Below, in pieces: positions 38,890 through 48,925 of a stretch of 64,000 bases of DNA (position 1 is its first letter; each line of letters begins with the position of its first letter). The stretch is from Muribaculum sp. GTDB taxonomy: Bacteria > Bacteroidota > Bacteroidia > Bacteroidales > Muribaculaceae. Location: assembly GCA_023666965.1 (NCBI GenBank), contig JAMPAZ010000001.1:882376-946375 (forward strand). The letters run 5' to 3'. The position numbers were made by a program, and so were the translations under genes. Under the pieces are notes generated by a model. That model was not told the origin of the DNA, did not search any database, and saw only the letters and a list, made by a program, of their open reading frames with translations.

Positions 38890-41523
38890 TTAAAATTCCT
38901 GACCGAGAATGAAGTGGAACTGACTGCCGCCCTTGCGTCCATATACGGTGTCGAAACCGTAAGCCCAGTCGATACCCATCATGCCGACCATCGGAAGGAA
39001 GATGCGGACACCGGCACCGGCGCTTCGCTTGAGGTTGAACGGCTCAAAGTCCTTGACTTGAGTCCAGGCGTTACCGGCTTCGACGAATCCGAGACCGTAG
39101 ATGGTTGTAGAGTTGGAGAGCATGAACGGGAAGTGAAGTTCCATTCCGACACGTGCGTAGGCATATCCTTCGCGTGTATAGGGAGTGAACTGCCCGTTTT
39201 CGTAACCACGAAGTGCGATAGTTTCGGTGGCGTAGGTATAGGATCCTGACATGCCGTCGCCTCCGACATAGAACGTCTCAAAGGGCGATTTGAGATACTT
39301 GTTGTAACTTCCGAGCAGACCGAAGTCGGCGCGAGTCATCATCACGAGGGTCCACTTCCCGTCAACATCGGTAAGTGGGGTGTAAGTTCGGCTCTTGAAG
39401 CGTAGTTTCCAATATTCTATCCAGCGGTAAAGCTCTTTCTTTGCTTCGGTGGTGTTGGTCTCCGAGAGTTTCTTCCAGTTCTTTTTGCCGAACATTGATG
39501 CCGGAGGTGTCAATTGGAGGTCGAGTGAGAAGATCGAACCGCGGCGGGTGTAGAGCGGGTTGTCGATGGATTGGCGAGAGAGGTTAAGTCCGAGGACTAT
39601 AGAGTTTGACGTACCGTTGTTCATATAGTACAGATAGTCCCAGTTCTTCAGGTTGTACCAGTTATAACCGAGGCTGACTTGGAACGAGAAGTAGTCGTCG
39701 GGCCAACTCAATCGCTTACCGATTCCGACAGTAATACCGGCCATTTGAAGTACTTTGTTGGGGTCGTAGGCATTTTCGTAAGTGTTCTGATAATAGTCGC
39801 TCATATACGAGTTGCCGTAATAGCTGCCATAGCCGTATCCGCTGTAGCCATATGCTGAATTCATCCATTGGCTATTGTAATAAGAAGAGTTGATGCCGGT
39901 CTGACGGGCGTAATATGCCGAAACAGACAGTGAGTTAGGACGCTTGCCTCCGAACCAGGGATCGAGGAATGATACGGAATAGCTCTGATAGTATTTGGCA
40001 TTGGTCTGAGCACTTATTGTGAATGTTTGGCCCTCGCCTTGAGGTATCACACCTTTATATGAACTCGGATTGAATAGGTTCTTTATAGAGAAGTTGGTGA
40101 ACTTCAGGGCTAACTTACCGATAAGACCGGTTTGCCCCCAACCGAATGATACTTCCACTTGGTCGTTGGCTTTCGATTCGAGGTTGAAGATAATGTCGAC
40201 AGTACCGTTCTCGATGTTCGGTTCGTGCTGGAGGTCCATAGATTCGGGGTCGAAATGACCGGTCTGGGCGATTTCGCGTGCAGAACGCATAATATCGTCG
40301 CGGCTGTAAAGCTGACCCGGCTTGACGCGGAGTTCTCGACGTATGACCTTCTCATAGAGTCGGTCGTTACCGTTAATGACAACATTGTTTATTGTGGCTT
40401 GTGGCCCTTCGACTACGCGCATTTCAAGCTCGATTGAGTCGCCTTCTACATTCTTTTCGATAGGTACGATATGGCTGAAGAGGTAACCGTTGTTTTGATA
40501 GATTGCGCTTACGGCATCGTCGTCTTCGCTTAGACGCTTTTTAAGAAGCTTTTGGTTATAGACATCGCCCGGATTGAAGCCGAGGAGATAATCGAGGAAC
40601 TGCGTGTCGTAGACGGTGTTACCGACCCATTCAATGTCCTTAATAAAGTATTTTTTGCCTTCTTCAAGAGTGATATAGATGTCAACAGTCTTGTCGTTGT
40701 AAGGCACTACGCTGTCGCTGATGATTTTGGCGTCGCGGTAGCCTTTCTCATTATATTTTTCGATGATAAGGTCGAGGTCGTTTTCAAAGTCGCTCTCAAC
40801 GAATTTCTTTTGACGGAACAGATTGATGAGTTTGCCTTTTTCGTTGGTTTTCTTCATCGTACGCTGAAGCTTGCGGTCGCTCATCACTTCATTTCCTTCG
40901 ATGTAGATTTTATGAACTTTTACCTTGTTGTTTTTATTGATGTTGATGTTGACAATGTTTGAGTTCGGATTGGAGAGGTCCTCAACTTGGTCGATTCTGA
41001 CTTCTGCGTTACCAAAACCTTTGTTGTCGTAGTAAGACTTTATGATTGTTTTGGCGCGGTTGACGATGTTCGGCGTAATCTGATTGCCGGGCATCAGTTG
41101 CAGACGTTCGTCAAGGTCTTTCTTTTCACCCTTGCTTGCGCCGTAATAGTTGATTTCAGAAATGCGTGGTTGCGGCTTAAGTGCAAATTCGAGCCAAATC
41201 TTGTTGCCGGCAATCTTCTGGACTTTAATCTGTATGGACGAGAACAGACCTTGGCGGGCAAATCGTTTGGCCGCGTTGGTAATGTCGGGGCCCGGAACTT
41301 CGATTTTGTCGCCAATGTTCAGACCGGAGTAGCCGATGATGATATAGTCTTCATAGTTAGGCACTCCCGTCACCTCCATACCGGCTATTTCGTATGTTTT
41401 TGGCATACCCGTGTACAGAATGTTGGGGTTGTAGATGGTGTCGACGGTCTCGGCCGACTTGGCATCGAGTGCGGCGACCGCACTTAACATGATAGTCAGT
41501 ATGATTAACAGCTTTGAACGCAT
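38890..41523 (-). CDS. bamA: Outer membrane protein assembly factor BamA
   Basis: POTRA repeats, IALRGY (VRGF-equivalent) motif and C-terminal FHFILGQEF. Confidence 0.95.
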   Translation of the reverse strand: MRSKLLIILTIMLSAVAALDAKSAETVDTIYNPNILYTGMPKTYEIAGMEVTGVPNYEDYIIIGYSGLNIGDKIEVPGPDITNAAKRFARQGLFSSIQIKVQKIAGNKIWLEFALKPQPRISEINYYGASKGEKKDLDERLQLMPGNQITPNIVNRAKTIIKSYYDNKGFGNAEVRIDQVEDLSNPNSNIVNININKNNKVKVHKIYIEGNEVMSDRKLQRTMKKTNEKGKLINLFRQKKFVESDFENDLDLIIEKYNEKGYRDAKIISDSVVPYNDKTVDIYITLEEGKKYFIKDIEWVGNTVYDTQFLDYLLGFNPGDVYNQKLLKKRLSEDDDAVSAIYQNNGYLFSHIVPIEKNVEGDSIELEMRVVEGPQATINNVVINGNDRLYEKVIRRELRVKPGQLYSRDDIMRSAREIAQTGHFDPESMDLQHEPNIENGTVDIIFNLESKANDQVEVSFGWGQTGLIGKLALKFTNFSIKNLFNPSSYKGVIPQGEGQTFTISAQTNAKYYQSYSVSFLDPWFGGKRPNSLSVSAYYARQTGINSSYYNSQWMNSAYGYSGYGYGSYYGNSYMSDYYQNTYENAYDPNKVLQMAGITVGIGKRLSWPDDYFSFQVSLGYNWYNLKNWDYLYYMNNGTSNSIVLGLNLSRQSIDNPLYTRRGSIFSLDLQLTPPASMFGKKNWKKLSETNTTEAKKELYRWIEYWKLRFKSRTYTPLTDVDGKWTLVMMTRADFGLLGSYNKYLKSPFETFYVGGDGMSGSYTYATETIALRGYENGQFTPYTREGYAYARVGMELHFPFMLSNSTTIYGLGFVEAGNAWTQVKDFEPFNLKRSAGAGVRIFLPMVGMMGIDWAYGFDTVYGRKGGSQFHFILGQEF

Positions 41524-41573
41524 AATCTGATGTAATATGTGATATATGGTTGAGTATCTATTGTTTGTAGTTT

Positions 41574-42332
41574 CTAAATGTTATCGGACACCTGCTCGCT
41601 GGTCATCCCGAATCGGCGTTCCCGACGGTTAAATTCCGACAGGGCCTTCATAAATTCTTCTTTAGTGAAGTCGGGCCAGAATGTCGGGGTGAGATAAATT
41701 TCGGAATAAGCAATTTGCCAGAGCAGGAAGTTGCTTACGCGGAAGTCGCCTCCGGTTCGGATTAGAAGATCGGGATCGGGGATGTCGCACGTGGCAAGAT
41801 TTTGTGCGACAGTCTCAGATGTGATATGTGCCGGATCTAAAGCTCCGGTTTTTGCTAAAGACGCTATCTTACGGGTAGCTTCGGTAATCTCCCACCTTGA
41901 CGAGTAGCTTATCGCAAGCACGAGGGTCAATCCGGTACAGTGGGCAGTGTCGTCGATGCACTGACAAAGCCTTTTATAGGCAAATTCAGGCATCCGCGAA
42001 AAGTCACCGATCATGGTTAGCCGGACGTTGTTCTTGATAAGGTCGGCGGTTTCTCTCTCAATAGCCATCACCACCAGGTGCATCAAGGCATCGACTTCCT
42101 CTTGCGGGCGGTTCCAGTTTTCGGTTGAGAAGGTGTAAAGGGTCAGGTAGCCAATTCCTGCTTCGGAGGCGGCTTCCGTGATTTTCCGCACGGTGTTGAC
42201 TCCTTCAATATGTCCGTCAGACCGGTCAAGACCACGAGCTTTGGCCCACCGTCCGTTGCCGTCCATAATAATGGCGACGTGGCGAGGTACCGGGTGGTTC
42301 AACGATGTATTGCTATGTGACGGTCCAGTCAT
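41574..42332 (-). CDS. uppS: Undecaprenyl diphosphate synthase
   Basis: [37 protein letters not shown] and RERRFG; start set to MTGPSHS. Confidence 0.97.
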   Translation of the reverse strand: MTGPSHSNTSLNHPVPRHVAIIMDGNGRWAKARGLDRSDGHIEGVNTVRKITEAASEAGIGYLTLYTFSTENWNRPQEEVDALMHLVVMAIERETADLIKNNVRLTMIGDFSRMPEFAYKRLCQCIDDTAHCTGLTLVLAISYSSRWEITEATRKIASLAKTGALDPAHITSETVAQNLATCDIPDPDLLIRTGGDFRVSNFLLWQIAYSEIYLTPTFWPDFTKEEFMKALSEFNRRERRFGMTSEQVSDNI

Positions 42333-42346
42333 ATAATAGTCTAAAA

Positions 42347-43069
42347 TTAATCTACATAGAAGCAATTCTTGCAACGTTCGCCAAACTCATAGCTTATGGA
42401 CAGCATCAGCGTCGAATACCAGTCGGTGTTCTTCATAAATGAACTCTTAATTTGGTAGAGGTCGTCGAGAACGGGTCCGTCGATATTGTCGTTGAACGCT
42501 TTTGTCATAGTCCATTCGACTCCTAAGTTTATGCGTTCGCGCAGTTTGTACTTTATGCCTACGCTCATTGGAATGTTAAATGCCACGGCGGTGCCTTGAC
42601 AGGAGGCAACAGTGAGTCCGGCTCCCAGTGAAAGGTAGGGACTCCAGCGTTTCAGCTTGCGATAAGTCTCTCCGATTCCGTAATTGAAGAAGTTAAACTC
42701 CGCCCGGCCGCTTATGTCGTAGACTTTGGACGTGAATTTATATGTTTCTCCTCCGGGATATACGTTTGACATGTCGGCGCTATTGCCGCTCAGTCCGGCG
42801 TATGTCAATATGCCTTTGATGGCCCAGCGCGTGTTCGGCAGGTATCTGAAGGATGCGCCTGCCGCCAACCCCGGATTTTTATAGAGGCTTGACGTGTTTG
42901 CATCACCAAGATAGCCGCTCATGCCGACCGATACTCCAACGTCGAATCTATAGGTAGATTCTTGGGCGTTCACCTGACGAGGCGATAAAAGCATGGCCAC
43001 CATCGACAAAGCGACGATGGCAATTCGCATATATAACGCTGGGGCAGTGAAACTTTGACGTTGTTGCAT
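42347..43069 (-). CDS. Outer membrane beta-barrel protein (DUF6089 / PorG-like)
   Basis: Signal peptide; YLGDAN, EFNFFNY, KYKL..RINLG.E and NTDWYS; conserved position upstream of uppS. Confidence 0.7.
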   Translation of the reverse strand: MQQRQSFTAPALYMRIAIVALSMVAMLLSPRQVNAQESTYRFDVGVSVGMSGYLGDANTSSLYKNPGLAAGASFRYLPNTRWAIKGILTYAGLSGNSADMSNVYPGGETYKFTSKVYDISGRAEFNFFNYGIGETYRKLKRWSPYLSLGAGLTVASCQGTAVAFNIPMSVGIKYKLRERINLGVEWTMTKAFNDNIDGPVLDDLYQIKSSFMKNTDWYSTLMLSISYEFGERCKNCFYVD

Positions 43070-43111
43070 CGTGTATGGTAATCTCTGAACTTGAATCTGA
43101 AGCTTATTAGT

Positions 43112-44686
43112 TTATTCCAACGGTTTAAACGTTAGCCGATTGATGACTCCGCGCCAGACCTGGTTGCGGGCATGGCCGAAAGCGTCTTCACCACCGAATA
43201 CATATATATATGGGCATTCCCATGATTCAATCGGCTTGACGGCACGGCTGGTGGAGTATTCCGTCGGCAGTGACCACCACGCCGGAAGCCCGCGCATGTT
43301 AAATGGCTTCCAAGCATCGGTGCTCTGTGCTGCTGAAGAGGCATTAAGATATTCCTTGCATACAAATCCGCGGGCAGCGGCAAATGCCGACATATCATCG
43401 GGCAGTTGCATCAATTCGTCAGCCTCGTGCCAGTTCAGACCTTGGTCGCGTGAAATGTAGACCTTTCTGGATAGGTATCCGTCGGAATTTCGGCCACAGA
43501 GAGCGAGCAAAGTAGGCTGCTTAGTGAATGTCCAAGTCGAGGTATTCGTCTTGAAGGTGAAGTATGGCACCAATGTCATTTCTTCAAATGCGACATTCGA
43601 GGGCAGTTTGCCGAGCAAGGCCCAATTGGTACCATCATATCCCCATACGCCACCGGAGAGTTGTCCGGAAGCATCCTTGCCTCCGACAAACAGAGCCAGA
43701 GGAAGTTGTGCCCATTCATTTCCGAAGGATTGCATTTGACTGGTACCGCTAATCGGACATCCGTCGGCAACTTCTGTAGAGACGTAACCTTGAGGAGCGG
43801 GATATGCCGTGTGGATGTATTTACCGGATTGTTGTTTCACGCCGACGATATAATTATCGTAAGCTCCGTAAATATGACTCCAAGTCTGTCCGGTCGAAGT
43901 CCATTGAAGTCCGTCGTCTGACAAATATAGGAGACCGTCGGTTGATAAAACGTAGAATTTGTCGCCTGCTACGTTCATTGAATTGAGGTCGGGCGTGAAA
44001 CCGAAGTTTACGGAGTTTTGGACCTCCCAAGTCCGCGTCTCACCTTCGGCAAGGTCGGCCGGAGCGACGGCCCTGCTATATTGATTGCCGGCTAAAGTAT
44101 AGCAGTATAGCTTGTTGCCATCCAGAACGGTGGCGGATGCGGCAACATCGTCGGAGGTGGTTCCCGGTAATGCCGCATACTGCATGTCGCCCCATGACAG
44201 GGAGTCGGACTTTACTTTGTGGACGTTGACTTTCAGGCTATATTCCCTTGTATAGGATTGGTTCACCGAAGTCACTTTTAAGGTTACCGGTTCGGTGAAA
44301 TTTATGCTGTCGTAGCTTGATGAAGAGTATTCTATCGTAGTAGACTTCAGACTGTCGGCCTGAATGTAAGTAACTTCCACCTTGTTTTCGCCTGGAGTGC
44401 CGATATTCATTAAGAGCTTTTTGACATTTGTGCCGTATGGTAGAGAGTCGGCATTGAACACGATGGCATTGTTCAAGTCTATGGTAAAGAATACGCCGCT
44501 CAGATTGGTCAGAACTTTTGAATTGTCCTTAAGGCTGAACGATGTTATGGCGGTACTTGAGTATAGAGTTTCTGCCGTCATTCCGGTGTCGGCCGACAAT
44601 TCTTCAGACTTGTCGTCGTTGCATGACGAAATGACTCCGGTAAGAGCGAGAGCAGAAATTGCGTATGTTATGAATCGCTTTGTCAT
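43112..44686 (-). CDS. Lipoprotein, DUF6242-like
   Basis: Lipobox ISSC followed by acidic NDDK; FTID....VFNADSLPYGT; YVFGG and VWRGVINRLTF tail. Confidence 0.7.
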   Translation of the reverse strand: MTKRFITYAISALALTGVISSCNDDKSEELSADTGMTAETLYSSTAITSFSLKDNSKVLTNLSGVFFTIDLNNAIVFNADSLPYGTNVKKLLMNIGTPGENKVEVTYIQADSLKSTTIEYSSSSYDSINFTEPVTLKVTSVNQSYTREYSLKVNVHKVKSDSLSWGDMQYAALPGTTSDDVAASATVLDGNKLYCYTLAGNQYSRAVAPADLAEGETRTWEVQNSVNFGFTPDLNSMNVAGDKFYVLSTDGLLYLSDDGLQWTSTGQTWSHIYGAYDNYIVGVKQQSGKYIHTAYPAPQGYVSTEVADGCPISGTSQMQSFGNEWAQLPLALFVGGKDASGQLSGGVWGYDGTNWALLGKLPSNVAFEEMTLVPYFTFKTNTSTWTFTKQPTLLALCGRNSDGYLSRKVYISRDQGLNWHEADELMQLPDDMSAFAAARGFVCKEYLNASSAAQSTDAWKPFNMRGLPAWWSLPTEYSTSRAVKPIESWECPYIYVFGGEDAFGHARNQVWRGVINRLTFKPLE

Positions 44687-44883
44687 ATTATATATGATGA
44701 ACATTATTTTTCAAACTGCAAAGTTAGCAACAATTTCGTTAATTCGTTTAGAGATTGCCTAAAAATGCAGTCGGCAGGATAATCAAAAATCGAGCGTAAA
44801 ATTACAACTATTCCTCAAATCGGCATTGCAAATGTAGACAATTAGGTCGATATTCACTCTTTTTATAGGTTTTTAACGACCTC

Positions 44884-45873
44884 TTAGAGTGATTTGGAAT
44901 ACCGGAATATGGTGTTTCCGTCGATTGTTAATTCTTGTGAGGGAATGCCGCAAATTGTAGGTGCCTTTATCCCTTTATGGAGTTTGATGGGAGAAACTTC
45001 TATTCGAGCTTCGTCCCAAAGACCTGATTCTAAGAACGCATTGAGCAATTTTGCACCACCTTCGACTAATACCGACGTTATGCCTAATCCGTACAGTTCC
45101 TTAAGATATTCAGCGGGTGTATTTCCATGAAGAAACAGCGGTTTATGCTCCGAGGCAGAGAAAATTTGTCGTTCGGCGGTGATACGTCGCCTCCGATCGG
45201 CTATTACCGGACGAGGGTTTCTTCCGGGCCACATCCTGGCAGTTAGAGAGGGGTTGTCGGCGATTACAGTGCCTGAGCCGACCATAATGGCATCGTGCAG
45301 TATGCGTTGGCGATGCATTAGTGCCGTAGTTAGTCGTGTGGAGAATTTTACCGGTTCGGCGCTGTCGTTGCGCGTAGAGTCGATGTAGCCATCTGCACTC
45401 TGTGCCCATTTCAGCGTCACCCAAGGCATTCCGGTAGAGTGGGCTTTCATAAAAGCCTTGTTAATGTCGAGGCATTCTTTTTCGAGGATGCCGGTGACCA
45501 CTTCCGCTCCGGCTTCGCGAAGCATGTTGATTCCACGACCGCTCACTTTCTTGAACGGATCAAGTGACCCTACTACGATGCGTGGAATTTTCTTGTCGAT
45601 TATCAGTTTGGCGCAGGGGGGCGTTTTGCCGTAATGTGAGCAGGGTTCCAGTGTGACGTATATCGTGGAATCAGTAAGAAGCTCAGGTTTGCGGACCGAT
45701 GCAATGGCGTTGACCTCGGCATGTCCTTCACCGTACCGCCGGTGGTAGCCTTCGCCTATAATCTTCCCATTGTGGACTATCACTGCTCCAACCATCGGGT
45801 TGGGGGAGACATATCCAAGCCCGTGACGTGCCAATTCGATGGCTCGGCGCATATATCGTTCGTCGATAAACAT
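44884..45873 (-). CDS. ribD: Bifunctional diaminohydroxyphosphoribosylaminopyrimidine deaminase / reductase
   Basis: PNPMVG, HAE, TLEPCSHYGKTPPC, DNPSLT and VEGG motifs. Confidence 0.96.
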   Translation of the reverse strand: MFIDERYMRRAIELARHGLGYVSPNPMVGAVIVHNGKIIGEGYHRRYGEGHAEVNAIASVRKPELLTDSTIYVTLEPCSHYGKTPPCAKLIIDKKIPRIVVGSLDPFKKVSGRGINMLREAGAEVVTGILEKECLDINKAFMKAHSTGMPWVTLKWAQSADGYIDSTRNDSAEPVKFSTRLTTALMHRQRILHDAIMVGSGTVIADNPSLTARMWPGRNPRPVIADRRRRITAERQIFSASEHKPLFLHGNTPAEYLKELYGLGITSVLVEGGAKLLNAFLESGLWDEARIEVSPIKLHKGIKAPTICGIPSQELTIDGNTIFRYSKSL

Positions 45874-45910
45874 AGTTGCACTTGATAATAAAAATAATTA
45901 CTTTTGTATT

Positions 45911-46786
45911 ATGACAACCGAACCAACTTTAAAAGAACTTTTTGAGTCGTTGCGCTTGCGTCTGACACCTATGTATGGAGCCGGCGAGGCGGATGCGATG
46001 ACAAAAATAATAGTGGAGGATATGCTTCACTATACGCCTGTCGATGCGGTCTTGCGCAAAGATACGACAATTTCGGCATTTATGTGCGGAAAGATTGACA
46101 AAGTGGTCGAGAGGCTTCTGAGTGGAGAACCCTTGCAGTATATATTGGGTAAGGCTCGATTTTATGGAGCAGACCTTAGGGTGACTCCGGCGGTTCTTAT
46201 TCCACGACCTGAAACAGAGGAACTGGTAGACATTGTCGTTAAGGAGCAGGGCGACAAGCCGGATCTCAAAGTGCTTGACTTATGCACCGGGTCGGGATGT
46301 ATAGCCGTGACATTGGCGCGTGTATTGAAGTTCGCCACAGTGACAGGAGTCGATATATCGGCTGATGCATTGGAAGTGGCCGCTGACAATGCGCATAGCT
46401 CTCGAGTCAAGGTGCGTTGGGTTTTAGCGGATGTCCTAACAATGTTGCCGTCAAAGTCTGCGTCATACGACATAATTGTCAGCAATCCTCCATACGTTCT
46501 TGAATCGGAAAAGGCGGAGATGGAGGGGAATGTGCTTGACTATGAGCCTCATTTGGCTCTGTTTGTCCCGGACAGCGACCCTCTTGAGTTTTACAGGCCG
46601 ATAGCCGACTATGCGTCCAAAGTCCTGGCACCCGGCGGACGGATATATCTTGAGATTAATCCTCTTAGTGCCTCTTCAGTGGCAGATTGTTTAAAAAGTC
46701 GGGGATTTAAGGATGTGGATATCATCCGGGATATATCGGGTAAACAACGGTTTGTCACCGCAACGTCTCCTACCGACTATGATTAA
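45911..46786 (+). CDS. prmC: Release factor glutamine methyltransferase
   Basis: EPLQYILG, LIPRPETEELV, DLCTGSGCI and SNPPY; start set to MTTEPT. Confidence 0.95.
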   Translation: MTTEPTLKELFESLRLRLTPMYGAGEADAMTKIIVEDMLHYTPVDAVLRKDTTISAFMCGKIDKVVERLLSGEPLQYILGKARFYGADLRVTPAVLIPRPETEELVDIVVKEQGDKPDLKVLDLCTGSGCIAVTLARVLKFATVTGVDISADALEVAADNAHSSRVKVRWVLADVLTMLPSKSASYDIIVSNPPYVLESEKAEMEGNVLDYEPHLALFVPDSDPLEFYRPIADYASKVLAPGGRIYLEINPLSASSVADCLKSRGFKDVDIIRDISGKQRFVTATSPTDYD

Positions 46787-47252
46787 GCGCCAGATGTCGG
46801 CCGAGATGGCGCTTGAACGCCTTGAGGCACAGTGTGCCATGTCGGAGTATTGCACCCACGAAATTCGGGAGAAGCTGTTCAAATGGGGAGTGGACGCCAA
46901 TGTCAGGGAGCAGATAGTGGAAAAGCTCGTCGAGAACCGTTTCGTTGACGACCGGCGTTATGCGCGGGCCTATGTTCGCGACAAGGCCGTTTATGGGAAA
47001 TGGGGTCGCAGAAAAATAGCGCTTGGTCTTGCCTCGAAGCGTATAGAGCGCGACATCGCTGACGAAGCCTTGGAGGAGATTGATGAGGAGCGCTATTACG
47101 ATAACCTATGTGCTATACTTTCGTCCAAACTCCGGACTGTTAAGGCTGAAACCGATTATGAACTAAAGTCGAAGCTTTACCGACGCGGGCTACAGTGCGG
47201 CTATGAATCGGCTGTTGTTTCTCGGGCTGTTAAGGATTTGCTTCGACATTGA
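46779..47252 (+). CDS. recX: Regulatory protein RecX
   Basis: C..SEYC..EI.EKL, FVDDRRYA and WGRRKI; follows prmC. Confidence 0.88.
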   Translation: MIKRQMSAEMALERLEAQCAMSEYCTHEIREKLFKWGVDANVREQIVEKLVENRFVDDRRYARAYVRDKAVYGKWGRRKIALGLASKRIERDIADEALEEIDEERYYDNLCAILSSKLRTVKAETDYELKSKLYRRGLQCGYESAVVSRAVKDLLRH

Positions 47253-47301
47253 TTCTGTACGGCATTTATAATAAATAAATATAAAGACTCTCTCTCTCCT
47301 G

Positions 47302-48000
47302 ATGAAATTTTTAAACTCACTGCTAAATCTGATTTTTCCGAACGTATGCGAAGTCTGCGGGCGAACTCTCGTGGGTAATGAAGAGGTTATGTGCCTGCAT
47401 TGTGTCGCTGACTTACCGGTTACCGATGCTCATTTGGATGATTTCAGTGTAATGCATAAGCGGTTGGCATCAACATTGTCGATAGAGCGGACTGCGGGCT
47501 ATTTCTTTTATTTTAAAAATGATCCTTATACCAGAATGATTCATCGGGCCAAATATTCCGGGCGCCCTAAATTGGCCCGTCAACTTGGACGAAGGTTTGC
47601 TGCGCAACTCGCTGACGAAGGTTTCTTTGATGGAATGGATATGATGGTGCCCGTCCCGATGCATTGGCTGAAATTAATAAGAAGGGGGTATAATCAGAGC
47701 GAGGAGATTTGTCGTGGAGTGTCGGAGGTGGTCGGATTGCCGGTGGTAAGACTTCTTGAGGCCACGCGTGGACACCGGACACAGACTATGCTCGGCGGGT
47801 TGGGCCGGTGGGAGAATCTTAGGGATGTTTACCGGGTATGTGATGGTAAAGTCGATGACTTAAGCGGGAAACATCTGCTTTTGGTCGACGACGTGTTGAC
47901 TACCGGAGCCACGCTCCTTTCGTGCCGACAGGCTATCGAAGTAGCGTGTCGGGATGTAAAAGTGTCAGTTTTGACGCTTGGAGTGACGCGTCTGTCGTGA
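47302..48000 (+). CDS. ComF family protein (zinc ribbon plus phosphoribosyltransferase domain)
   Basis: CxxC...CxxC, PVPMH, RGYNQSE and LVDDVLTTGAT motifs. Confidence 0.92.
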   Translation: MKFLNSLLNLIFPNVCEVCGRTLVGNEEVMCLHCVADLPVTDAHLDDFSVMHKRLASTLSIERTAGYFFYFKNDPYTRMIHRAKYSGRPKLARQLGRRFAAQLADEGFFDGMDMMVPVPMHWLKLIRRGYNQSEEICRGVSEVVGLPVVRLLEATRGHRTQTMLGGLGRWENLRDVYRVCDGKVDDLSGKHLLLVDDVLTTGATLLSCRQAIEVACRDVKVSVLTLGVTRLS

Positions 48001-48003
48001 GTA

Positions 48004-48789
48004 TTATGAAAGTGTGGCGTTTTTAGCGTCGACAATTACCAGTTCAATGCCGAGTTCTTCAATTCGTTGGACTATTTTGTCGGAGATTCCGGAGTCGGTA
48101 ACGATGAGGTCTATTTCGTCCATGTTGGCAATCTTGCTGAATCCTCTGCGGCGGAACTTCGACGAGTCGGCGAGGACGATGGTCTTCTGTGCGGAGTGCA
48201 TCATCACTTTGTTAAGGTCGGCCTCGCGTATGTCGGTGGTGGTGATTCCGAAGTCGATGTCTATTCCGTCGACTCCTAAGAACAGTTTGCTGCAGGAGAA
48301 GTCGGCGAGAGGCGATTCGGCATATTTTCCGACAGCCGACAGGCTGCTGTGGCGTAGCGTGCCTCCGAGTTGAACGATTTCTACCGCCTCGTCGACACCG
48401 AGTATTTCTGACACTTGAAGCGATGCGGAAATGACAGTAAGTTTGTGTATCGGCCGGATGCAACGGGCCAGGGCGAGGACTGTTGTGCCGGATGCAATGA
48501 TGATGGAGTCGTCCTTGGTGATTAAGGAAGCGGCATATTTACCGATTTCTTTCTTTTCATCGCGACATAGCATCTCCTTTTCGTTGACCGAACGGTTGTT
48601 GATGTACGGGTTGATTAGGATGGCTTTTCCGTGGCTTCTGTAGAGCTTGCTGTTTTTTTCAAGCTCAGTGAGGTCTTTGCGTATGGTCACGGTAGATACG
48701 CCTAACAGAGATGATAGGTCGGAAACTTGGATAGACTCATGTTTCATCAGAGTGTCGAGTATCAACTGATGGCGCTCTTCTTTAATCAT
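48004..48789 (-). CDS. DeoR/GlpR family transcriptional regulator
   Basis: HTH VSTVTIRKDL..LE, SGTT, KLFLGVDG and LADSSKF motifs. Confidence 0.93.
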   Translation of the reverse strand: MIKEERHQLILDTLMKHESIQVSDLSSLLGVSTVTIRKDLTELEKNSKLYRSHGKAILINPYINNRSVNEKEMLCRDEKKEIGKYAASLITKDDSIIIASGTTVLALARCIRPIHKLTVISASLQVSEILGVDEAVEIVQLGGTLRHSSLSAVGKYAESPLADFSCSKLFLGVDGIDIDFGITTTDIREADLNKVMMHSAQKTIVLADSSKFRRRGFSKIANMDEIDLIVTDSGISDKIVQRIEELGIELVIVDAKNATLS

Positions 48790-48925
48790 ACTTCGTGTGA
48801 TATTTATTGATTGGTCGTTGTTGGAATGCAAATATACGAAAAAACGTCTACATAGGCAATTAATATTATCGAATTGGAAAAATTGGGTTGTTTATGAAAT
48901 TATAGGGAAGCTTCCTGAAGTGATG

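Noticed and set aside
39770-39895. Tyr/Gly/Ser-rich low-complexity stretch in BamA with tagccgta-like repeats
   Set aside because: In-frame extracellular loop typical of Bacteroidales BamA; not a DNA repeat array.
45911-46786. NPPY motif as a second DNA methyltransferase
   Set aside because: LIPRPETEE and the ribD-prmC-recX context identify it as the protein methyltransferase PrmC.
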